Below are positions 1 through 6,897 of a stretch of DNA of 24,000 nt, piece after piece (positions within the stretch are counted from its first letter, which is position 1; every line of letters begins with the position of its first letter). Both the position numbers and the translations under genes were made by a program. The notes beneath the pieces were generated by a model. That model saw only the letters and a list, made by a program, of their open reading frames with translations, was not told the DNA's origin and made no database searches. The stretch lies in NCBI RefSeq assembly GCF_048300925.1, contig NZ_CP133759.1, one strand, 5' to 3'. This DNA comes from Thermithiobacillus tepidarius DSM 3134. GTDB lineage: Bacteria; Pseudomonadota; Gammaproteobacteria; Acidithiobacillales; Thermithiobacillaceae.

Positions 1-896
1 GCCGCGCACAGCACGCGCTCAAGCAGGCGCTGATCAACCCGGAACCGCTGGATCTCAGCGGGCTGGACTTCGCGGACGTGCGGCCCAGCGCCGCCGGCCC
101 GGCCGGCGCCGCGTCCGGCGATCTGGCCCTGATCCGGGGTGAAGGGCGGCTGCGGGGCACGCTGGCGCCGCTGGAGGCGCAGGCGCTGCGCGCCCATCTG
201 TCGCCCATCGAAATCGCCCACATCCATCTGGAACTCGATGACCCGGGCAGCGCCATCGACATCTTGCGGCGCGGCACCCTCTTCGAGCCGCGCAAGCTGG
301 CCTACCACGTCGAGCTCTTGAAGGTTCTCTACCAGCAGCAGCGGCTCGAAGCCTATGCGGAGGCGCTGCTGTCCCTGTACCTGACCCTGTGGGGCGCCGG
401 GCAGAGCCTGCGCCAGCGCCTGCTCGACCTCGGCTTCCGCCTGGGCCGCCACCCCCTGCTCGAACACCTGCTGGACGTGGATGCCGGCGAAGGCGATCTG
501 GCCCTGCTCGCCAATGCCTGGGGCCTGCATGTGCCGCTGGCTGCCATCCCCTTCAGCAATCCGCCGCTGGTCGAGGAGCGCCTGCGGACGCAGATCAGCA
601 TGGTGGGCAGCGACAGCGACGATCGCATCCTGCAGGAGTTCGACCAATTGCTGGAGTTCGGCCAAGTGGAAGAGGCCATCGACCACCTGGAAAGCGCAGT
701 CCACACCAGCCCGCAGGAAGGCCTGTACTATCTTCCGCTGATGGAAATGTACGAGCGCATGGGCGACCTGAACCGCTTTACCCGCTTTACGGAAAGCATC
801 CTGCACGGAGAGCAGCTGCCTCCGGAAGACACCCTCCGGCTCATGATTGAAGTTGGCGATCGCTTAAAGGGCCAAACCAGTAGACGCGCTGTTTGA
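1..896 (+). CDS. Helical TPR-like repeat protein, 5' end cut by the window edge
   Basis: Frame 3 is open from base 3 to TGA at 894-896, with no stop upstream of the listed GTG at 78. GC3 bias is strong. The sequence is all-helical and repeat-like (e.g. LEFGQVEEAIDHLESAVHTSPQEGLYYLPLMEMYERMGDLNRF). Its stop overlaps the GAGG Shine-Dalgarno (SD) sequence of the next gene. Confidence 0.6.
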   Translation, partial: RAQHALKQALINPEPLDLSGLDFADVRPSAAGPAGAASGDLALIRGEGRLRGTLAPLEAQALRAHLSPIEIAHIHLELDDPGSAIDILRRGTLFEPRKLAYHVELLKVLYQQQRLEAYAEALLSLYLTLWGAGQSLRQRLLDLGFRLGRHPLLEHLLDVDAGEGDLALLANAWGLHVPLAAIPFSNPPLVEERLRTQISMVGSDSDDRILQEFDQLLEFGQVEEAIDHLESAVHTSPQEGLYYLPLMEMYERMGDLNRFTRFTESILHGEQLPPEDTLRLMIEVGDRLKGQTSRRAV

Positions 897-903
897 GGTA
901 TTC

Positions 904-2121
904 ATGACCATTACGCCCTTCCCCACCCGTGAAATCCTCGTGCTGACCGTCGGCATGGACACGCGCAAGCAGGCCGTGTTCCGCATGGCTTTCAAGATGT
1001 ACAGCAAGGCCCAGTACCGGCTGCTGGAGCCCGGCGAGAGTCAACGTCCGCAACTGGCCATCGTCGATATCGACGGGCCCGACGGCATCGGCCTGTGGGA
1101 TCAGTTCCGCGCCGAGCATCCTGAGCTGCCCGCCCTCATCGTGTCGGTGCACCCGGTGGACAACTCGCCGGTGCCGGTACTGCAAAAGCCGGTGCGCATG
1201 GAAAACCTCTTTCCGCAACTGGAGGCCCTGCGCAGCGGCAGGCCGACCGGCGCCCCCCCCGCCGCGCCGATCCAGATCCGGCAGGCCGGTGCCGCCCCGG
1301 CGGCCAGCACTCCGCAGCCTGCGGTCGCGCCTACGGCCAGCCGGCCTGGCGCGAGCGCACCGGCCGCGGGTGGTCCTGCGACGCCGGAGGCAGCTCCGGG
1401 AGCCAACCGGCCCGCGGCCCCTGCCAGCAGCGCCATCTCCGAGCGCTTGGCCGTGGGCATCCGGCCGGAGGACGTGGAATACTTCGATCCGCGGCAAGGC
1501 CTGTTCGGTCTGCTGCAAATGATCCGGCGGGATCGCATTCCCGCCACGGTGGTGGATGCCGGCGGCCGGAAGCTGATGATCGTCCATCCCGAGGAGAACG
1601 AAGTGCGCCTGCTGGTAGCAGAAGAGTCCCTGCAGCAGGCCGCCCGCCGCGAGCAGGATCAGTTCCGGGCCCGCACGCCGCAGGCCGGCGACGAGGACGG
1701 CAGCGGGGCCCTGCGGCAGCTCACCTTCATGGCGCTGCTGTGGCAGGTGGCCATCTGGAGTGCCAACGGCCGCCTCATGAAAACCCTGCCGCTCAATATG
1801 CCCGTGCAGCTCAAGCACTGGCCCAACCTGACGCGCCTGGCCCCCATACCCAACGCCCTGCGCATGGCCGCCTTCCTTGTGCGCTCGCCGGCGCACCCGG
1901 TCCTGATGGCCAAGATGCTGCAGGTGGCTCCGGCCGACATCTTCAACTTTCTGGCCGCCGCGCATAGCCTGGATCTGCTGCAGCTCCCCCAGGCCCGGCC
2001 AGCCACCGAGCGGAGCGAGAGCATGGCCCCGCCCCCGGCCCAGCCGCAGGCCGCGCCGGCCGCCGCCAAGCCGCAGCAGGGCTTCCTGAACCGCTTGCTG
2101 AGGAAAATCGCCGGCCTGTAG
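904..2121 (+). CDS. Receiver-like (degenerate REC) protein with Pro/Ala-rich linker, unknown C-terminal domain and C-terminal amphipathic helix
   Basis: ATG at 904 lies 5 nt after GAGGT. The N-terminal ~110 aa has a CheY-like beta/alpha pattern: ILVLTVGMD / LAIVDIDGPDG / ALIVSVH / VLQKPV with the K-P pair. The acidic DD pair after strand 1 is missing. Residues ~110-175 are low-complexity P/A-rich. The protein ends in QGFLNRLLRKIAGL. Confidence 0.7.
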   Translation: MTITPFPTREILVLTVGMDTRKQAVFRMAFKMYSKAQYRLLEPGESQRPQLAIVDIDGPDGIGLWDQFRAEHPELPALIVSVHPVDNSPVPVLQKPVRMENLFPQLEALRSGRPTGAPPAAPIQIRQAGAAPAASTPQPAVAPTASRPGASAPAAGGPATPEAAPGANRPAAPASSAISERLAVGIRPEDVEYFDPRQGLFGLLQMIRRDRIPATVVDAGGRKLMIVHPEENEVRLLVAEESLQQAARREQDQFRARTPQAGDEDGSGALRQLTFMALLWQVAIWSANGRLMKTLPLNMPVQLKHWPNLTRLAPIPNALRMAAFLVRSPAHPVLMAKMLQVAPADIFNFLAAAHSLDLLQLPQARPATERSESMAPPPAQPQAAPAAAKPQQGFLNRLLRKIAGL

Positions 2122-2193
2122 CGGGCTGCGCCGTCACGTACAAGGAGTGCGCCGGCCGCGTGCCGGCCGGATCATCCACAAGGAGAGCAGGAC

Positions 2194-2733
2194 TTGAGAC
2201 AGGACAACAAAATCATCTTTACCGGCCCGGTGGGCGCCGGAAAGACGACCGCCATCGCGGCCATCAGCGACACGGCTCCGGTCAAGACCGACGCGGCGGC
2301 CTCGGACATGACCCTGAACCGCAAGGGCTACACCACCGTCGCCATGGATTACGGCGTGCTCCGCCTGGATGAACAGACCAAAGTGCACCTGTACGGCACG
2401 CCGGGGCAGGAGCGCTTCGACTTCATGTGGGACATCCTGACCAAGGGCGGGCTGGGCCTGGTGCTGATGCTGGACAATACCCGCAAGAACCCGCACAAGG
2501 ATCTGCATTTCTTCCTGAATGCCTTCAAGGACTTCATCGAGCACGTGCCGGTGGTCATCGGGGTGACCAAAACGGACCTGAGCGCTTCCCCCAGCATTAC
2601 CGAATACGCCGAAGCGCTGAGCCAGAAGGGCATGCGCCCACCCATCTTCGAAGTCGACGGCCGCAGCCGCGAGGACGTCAAGAACCTGGTGATGGCATTG
2701 CTCTTTTCCATTGACCCCGGTCTAGAAGGCTAA
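2194..2733 (+). CDS. Small Ras-superfamily GTPase, MglA/CvnD-like
   Basis: TTG start at 2194 is 8 nt after AGGAG (2181-2185). G1 is GPVGAGKT. G3 is LYGTPGQERF, which lacks the Ras Asp. G4 is TKTD. TTVAMDYG...GTPGQERFDFMWD...GLVLMLD matches my memory of conservon CvnD-type GTPases. Confidence 0.85.
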   Translation: MRQDNKIIFTGPVGAGKTTAIAAISDTAPVKTDAAASDMTLNRKGYTTVAMDYGVLRLDEQTKVHLYGTPGQERFDFMWDILTKGGLGLVLMLDNTRKNPHKDLHFFLNAFKDFIEHVPVVIGVTKTDLSASPSITEYAEALSQKGMRPPIFEVDGRSREDVKNLVMALLFSIDPGLEG

Positions 2734-2735
2734 GC

Positions 2736-3371
2736 ATGGCAGTTGAACTCACCCTGGCCGGCGAGCTGTACGCCCAGGCTACCCCCGCCGGCGCCTTTTA
2801 CGCCGTAGCCAGTCCCCAGCCCGACAACAGCCGGCAGACCCTGCTGAGCATCCTGCGCCACGGCGAACACAGCCCGCTCAGCGACGGCCAGGTGCTGGAG
2901 TGGACCGGAGCCGACAGCGTCGAGGACGGTTTGAAGGTATTGTTCCGCCTGCAGCGCCTGGGACTGGTGCGCGGCGTCGAAACTCCCATGCCCGCCCCCC
3001 AGGAGCGCCTGGAGGACGTGCTCCCGGCCCTGATCGGCCGTCTTTCGGACAAGGGCAAGGCGGTGCTGGCGGACGACAACGGTTTCTATCTTGCGGCCAG
3101 CGGCTACCCCCACGAAGCCGCGGAAGAGCTGGCCGGCTTGGCCGGCGACCTGCTGGCCCTGCACGCGCGCCATGGCCGCCTGCTGAAGAACAACCTGAAG
3201 CTGGCCACCGAGGCCTGGGCCCTGGTGGACCCGGCCGGCCGCTCCGAACTCGGCTTCTGGCCGCTGTACATCGGCAAGCAGAATTTCGTGCTCATCATCG
3301 GCGAGACGCCGCGGCTGCAGAATCAGGAATTCGTCACCCTGATCCAGGCGCTGAACAACCGCTATGCCTGA
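2736..3371 (+). CDS. Hypothetical protein; C-terminal half Roadblock/LC7-like, N-terminal half possibly winged-helix-like
   Basis: ATG at 2736 is 2 nt after the GTPase stop, with AGAAGG 6 nt upstream. Residues ~95-211 follow a helix-strand-strand-helix-strand-strand-helix order (LEDVLPALIGRL / KAVLADDNGFYLAASG / EAAEELAGLAGDLLAL / AWALVDP...LGFWPLYIG / NFVLIIGE / EFVTLIQALNNR). The fold assignment is inferred, not demonstrated. Confidence 0.65.
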   Translation: MAVELTLAGELYAQATPAGAFYAVASPQPDNSRQTLLSILRHGEHSPLSDGQVLEWTGADSVEDGLKVLFRLQRLGLVRGVETPMPAPQERLEDVLPALIGRLSDKGKAVLADDNGFYLAASGYPHEAAEELAGLAGDLLALHARHGRLLKNNLKLATEAWALVDPAGRSELGFWPLYIGKQNFVLIIGETPRLQNQEFVTLIQALNNRYA

Positions 3372-3409
3372 GCGAAACCCGGTGCCGTGGTCGAGCCTCC
3401 GACTTTGGG

Positions 3410-3438
3410 CTGACCATTTCAGAAATATCGACTACACT
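3410..3438 (+). promoter_or_regulatory. Possible internal sigma70-type promoter (CTGACC-N17-TACACT) ahead of the Roadblock gene
   Basis: Hexamers at 3410-3415 and 3433-3438 have a 17-nt spacer. They lie in the only long, AT-richer gap of the cluster (3372-3487). Confidence 0.3.
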
Positions 3439-3447
3439 GTATTTCAT

Positions 3448-3466
3448 TCGATCCCGAAAGGATCGA
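3448..3466 (+). promoter_or_regulatory. Stem-loop TCGATCC-CGAAA-GGATCGA in the leader of the Roadblock gene
   Basis: Perfect 7-bp inverted repeat with a 5-nt loop, read directly. Each arm holds a GATC. It lies ~20 nt upstream of GGAG (3477-3480) and ATG 3488. No U-tract follows, so it is not a typical terminator. Confidence 0.4.
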
Positions 3467-3487
3467 GATTTGCCTTGGAGATGCAAC

Positions 3488-3850
3488 ATGCGTGAACAGA
3501 TGCTCAAATCCGTCCTCGGTGACCTGAACGGCGCTTCCGCTGATGTCGAGGCCTCGGCGGTCATTTCAACGGACGGACTCACCATCGCCTCGATGCTCTC
3601 GGCCGGGATGGACGAGGATCGGGTCGGCGCCATGTCCGCCGCCATGCTGTCCCTGGGCGACCGGACGGCGGCCGAACTGAGCCGGGGGGAACTGGAACAG
3701 GTGATGGTCAAGGGCGAGAACGGCTACATCCTGCTCATCCATGCAGGCAAGGACGCCGTCCTGACGGTGATCGCCCGCAAGGAAGCCAAGCTGGGCTTGG
3801 TGTTCCTGGATGCCAAGCGCGCCGCCAACAGCATCGCCGAGCTGCTCTGA
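3488..3850 (+). CDS. Roadblock/LC7 domain protein (MglB/CvnB-like)
   Basis: ATG at 3488 is 7 nt after GGAG. The 120-aa product shows the typical Robl_LC7 pattern (VEASAVISTDGLTIAS...DEDRVGAMSAAMLSLGDRTAAEL..GELEQVMVKGENGYILLIHAGKDAVLTVIARKEAKLGLVFLD). The listed ORF start at 2900 is an out-of-frame overlap artefact. Confidence 0.9.
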   Translation: MREQMLKSVLGDLNGASADVEASAVISTDGLTIASMLSAGMDEDRVGAMSAAMLSLGDRTAAELSRGELEQVMVKGENGYILLIHAGKDAVLTVIARKEAKLGLVFLDAKRAANSIAELL

Positions 3851-3861
3851 CACGTCCGGTT

Positions 3862-3884
3862 CCGGGGGTGCTCACCGCCCCCGG
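3862..3884. terminator. GC-rich hairpin (CCGGGGG-N9-CCCCCGG) between convergent Roadblock gene and rimO
   Basis: 7-bp perfect stem read directly, 12 nt after the 3850 stop. There is no clear U-tract, so terminator function is uncertain. Confidence 0.3.
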
Positions 3885-3998
3885 GGATCTCCCGCACGCC
3901 GCCTTGCGGGACTTGCGCCTCCTCTCTGCCTTGCCGCCGCCCCGCTTCAGCCGGAGTGCACGCGGCACCCGCTCCCGACAGCCACGGGCGGCAGCCTC

Positions 3999-5339
3999 TC
4001 ACACCAGCTCCGCCACCAGGTCATGCTCCTCGCTGGCCACCACCCGCGCCGTGACGAACTCGCCCACCACCGCCTGACCGGCGCCCTCGATGAAGACCAT
4101 GCCGTCGATCTCCGGCGCGTCGCGGAAGCTGCGGCCGATGGCCAGGTCCTGGCTGGGATCGACCTCGTCCACCAGGACCTGTATCGTCCTGCCCACCTGC
4201 TCGGCCAGCTTGGCGGCGCTGATCTCCGCCTGCAGGGCCATGAGCCGCGCCTTGCGTTCCTCGCGCAGCTCCGCCGGCACGGTATTGGGCAGTGCGTTGG
4301 CGGCGGCGCCCTCCACCTCCGAGTAGGTGAAGCAACCGACGCGGTCCAGGCGCGCTCCGCGCAGGAAGTCCAGCAGCAGCTCGAAATCGGCTTCGGTCTC
4401 GCCGGGAAAACCGGTGATGAAGGTGCTGCGGATGACCAGATCCGGACAGGCGGCGCGCCATTGGGCGATGGTCTGCAGATGGCTCTCGGCGCCGCCGGGA
4501 CGGCGCATGGCCTTGAGCACCGCGGGACTGGCGTGCTGCAGGGGCACGTCCAGATAAGGCAGGATCCGGCCCTCGGCCATGAGCGGCATGAGCTCGGCCA
4601 CGTGGGGATAGGGATAGATGTAGTGCAGCCGCACCCAGGCCCCGAGCGAGCCCAGGGCCTGGGCCAGTTCGGTCAGGCGCGTCTTCACCGGCCGCCCACC
4701 CCAGAAGTCGGTGCGGTATTTGAGGTCCACGCCGTAGGCGCTGGTGTCCTGGGAGATCACCAAAAGCTCCTTGACCCCCGCCGCCACCAGGTTTTCCGCC
4801 TCGCGCAGCACCTCGCCCGCCGGGCGGCTGACGAGATCGCCGCGCATGCCGGGGATGATGCAGAAGGTGCAGCGGTGATTGCAGCCCTCGGCGATCTTGA
4901 GATAGGCATAGTGGGCCGGGGTGAGCTTGATGCCCTGCGGCGGAACCAGGCTGGTGAAGGGGTCGTGCCGGGGCGGCAGCGCCTCGTGCACCGCCGCCAT
5001 CACCGCCTCGGTCTGATGCGGCCCGGTCACCGCCAGCACCTGCGGATGGGCCGCGCGCACCTGTTCCTCGCGGGCGCCCAGACAGCCGGTGACGATCACG
5101 CGGCCGTTCTCGGCCAGCGCTTCGCCGATGGCGTCGAGGGATTCCTCCACCGCTGCGTCGATGAAGCCGCAGGTATTGACCACCACCAGGTCGGCATCCT
5201 CGTAGCTCGGCGCCACGGCGTAGCCCTCGGCGCGCAGCTGGGTCAGGATGCGCTCGGAGTCCACCAGCGCCTTGGGACAGCCCAGGGAGACGAAACCGAC
5301 CTTGGGCACGGATTGCAACGGGGTTTTGCGGGTTTTCAC
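3999..5339 (-). CDS. rimO: Ribosomal protein S12 methylthiotransferase RimO
   Basis: Full-length colinear similarity to E. coli RimO from memory ([36 protein letters not shown], radical-SAM [12 protein letters not shown]-terminal TRAM). GTG start sits after GAGGAA. Confidence 0.95.
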   Translation of the reverse strand: MKTRKTPLQSVPKVGFVSLGCPKALVDSERILTQLRAEGYAVAPSYEDADLVVVNTCGFIDAAVEESLDAIGEALAENGRVIVTGCLGAREEQVRAAHPQVLAVTGPHQTEAVMAAVHEALPPRHDPFTSLVPPQGIKLTPAHYAYLKIAEGCNHRCTFCIIPGMRGDLVSRPAGEVLREAENLVAAGVKELLVISQDTSAYGVDLKYRTDFWGGRPVKTRLTELAQALGSLGAWVRLHYIYPYPHVAELMPLMAEGRILPYLDVPLQHASPAVLKAMRRPGGAESHLQTIAQWRAACPDLVIRSTFITGFPGETEADFELLLDFLRGARLDRVGCFTYSEVEGAAANALPNTVPAELREERKARLMALQAEISAAKLAEQVGRTIQVLVDEVDPSQDLAIGRSFRDAPEIDGMVFIEGAGQAVVGEFVTARVVASEEHDLVAELV

Positions 5340-5351
5340 GAATTCCTCAAG

Positions 5352-5822
5352 CTAACTTTGCGGCGGCAGCACCTGGGCTTCGCCGCCGGTCTTGGCGTCA
5401 ATGGACAGCTGCGTGATGCCGGAGTCCACCTTCTTCAGGCTGCGCGCGGGCGTTACCGTCACCGGCAACCCATCGCGGTAGGCCTTGTTGATGTCGACCG
5501 GACTGATCATGGTCTGGCCGTCATCCCGCACCTGCTCCGTGGCCACGAAGGCGGGGTGATTGGGATTGATGGGCGATTTCTGGTTGCCCGTGTTCAACAC
5601 GGCCGTGACGTCCGAGGTGGCGGTGCCGCCCGCCGCCGCCTTGGCCAGCTCGGATTTCACCGTGCTGATGGCCAGATTGAAGTTGCTCTTCAATTCCGCG
5701 GCGGCGGCGCGATCGGGCTCGTCCGGCTGCTTGAAATAATAATCCAAAGCGAAGACCAAGACACCGATCAAGGTGCCGATGATGATGAGCGTCCAGGCGG
5801 AAACGGTTTTCTTCACAGCCAT
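5352..5822 (-). CDS. Hypothetical protein with a single N-terminal membrane anchor
   Basis: ATG at 5822 is 7 nt after AAGGAG. The N-terminal TM helix is WTLIIIGTLIGVLVFALDYYF, followed by a soluble Ala/Thr-rich domain. The stop lies 12 nt before the rimO start. I recognise no family. Confidence 0.7.
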   Translation of the reverse strand: MAVKKTVSAWTLIIIGTLIGVLVFALDYYFKQPDEPDRAAAAELKSNFNLAISTVKSELAKAAAGGTATSDVTAVLNTGNQKSPINPNHPAFVATEQVRDDGQTMISPVDINKAYRDGLPVTVTPARSLKKVDSGITQLSIDAKTGGEAQVLPPQS

Positions 5823-5931
5823 GGCTGATCTCCTTTTATCAGATTGAACCGCGTCTTTTCACATTTTTATGAACCTAGCCCAGCTCGATTGGCCAGATTA
5901 GCCTCCGGCAAGCGACCGGGAGAAGGGGCTT

Positions 5932-5960
5932 TTGACGTAAGCGGCCTTTGTCCAGATAAT
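5932..5960 (+). promoter_or_regulatory. Putative sigma70 promoter of glyQS operon (TTGACG-N17-GATAAT)
   Basis: Hexamers at 5932-5937 and 5955-5960 have an exact 17-nt spacer. They lie in the AT-richer divergent intergenic region, ~45-60 nt upstream of glyQ. Confidence 0.5.
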
Positions 5961-6021
5961 AGCTATCCAAAATCAGCGAACGACGGTCCCCGCGACCGCT
6001 TCTTTGCCACAGAGAGCCAGC

Positions 6022-6897
6022 GTGACCTTTCAAGAACTCATCCTCAGCCTGCAGGACTACTGGTCCGCCCAAGGCTGCGTGCTGCTCCAGCCCCTGGACA
6101 TGCCGGTGGGCGCGGGCACCTTCCATCCGGCCACCTTTCTGCGCGCCGTCGGCCCGGAACCCTGGCGCACCGCCTATGTGCAGCCCTCGCGCCGGCCCGC
6201 CGACGGCCGCTACGGCGAGAACCCGAACCGGCTGCAGCATTACTACCAGTTCCAGGTCATCCTGAAGCCCAATCCCACCGATATCCAGGAGCTCTATCTC
6301 GGCTCCCTGCGCCGCATCGGCATCGATCCCACGGTGCATGACATCCGTTTCGTGGAGGACGACTGGGAGTCCCCCACCCTGGGCGCCTGGGGCCTGGGCT
6401 GGGAGGTCTGGCTGAACGGCATGGAAGTGACCCAGTTCACCTACTTCCAGCAGGTGGGCGGCCTCGACTGCCACCCCGTCACCGGCGAGATCACCTACGG
6501 CCTGGAGCGGCTGGCCATGTACCTGCAGGGCGTGGAGAGCGTCTACGACCTGGTGTGGACGCCCGGCGTCAGCTACGGCGACGTCTATCACCAGAACGAG
6601 GTGGAACAGTCCCGCTACAATTTCGAGCTGGCCGACACCGCCGAGCTCTTCGACCGCTTCTCCGCCGCCGAGACCGAGTGCGAAAAACTGCTGGCGGCGG
6701 ACCTGCCCCTGCCCGCCTACGAGCGCGTGCTGGAGTGCTCCCATTTCTTCAACCTGCTGGATGCCCGCCACGCCATCGGCGTGAACGAGCGCGCCCGCTT
6801 CATCGGCCGGGTGCGCAACCTGGCCCGCAGCGTGGCGCAGGCCTACTATGCCCGGCGCGAAGCCCTGGGCTTCCCGTTGCTGGAGGGCAAGGCATGA
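6022..6897 (+). CDS. glyQ: Glycine--tRNA ligase alpha subunit
   Basis: [35 protein letters not shown]...[20 protein letters not shown] is the canonical GlyQ pattern. I prefer the GTG start at 6022 (AGAGAG 5 nt upstream). The in-frame TTG at 6004 from the ORF track is an alternative. Confidence 0.95.
   Translation: MTFQELILSLQDYWSAQGCVLLQPLDMPVGAGTFHPATFLRAVGPEPWRTAYVQPSRRPADGRYGENPNRLQHYYQFQVILKPNPTDIQELYLGSLRRIGIDPTVHDIRFVEDDWESPTLGAWGLGWEVWLNGMEVTQFTYFQQVGGLDCHPVTGEITYGLERLAMYLQGVESVYDLVWTPGVSYGDVYHQNEVEQSRYNFELADTAELFDRFSAAETECEKLLAADLPLPAYERVLECSHFFNLLDARHAIGVNERARFIGRVRNLARSVAQAYYARREALGFPLLEGKA

Noticed and set aside
1240-1440. Apparent GC-rich repetitive DNA (GCC/CCG-rich)
   Set aside because: It is the coding sequence of the Pro/Ala-rich linker of the 904-2121 protein. 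It is low-complexity, not a tandem repeat with a defined unit and not a CRISPR-like array.
2900-3487. Upstream extension of the Roadblock ORF (316-aa version starting at 2900)
   Set aside because: The extension overlaps the 2736-3371 gene in another frame and encodes an Arg/Gly/Pro-rich sequence. The ATG at 3488 has a GGAG SD and yields a full-length Roadblock domain.
3810-5828. 672-aa plus-strand ORF
   Set aside because: It is exactly antisense to rimO and the upstream membrane protein gene. The product is low-complexity and G/A/R/H-rich, with no SD. This is a typical stop-poor antisense frame in GC-rich DNA.
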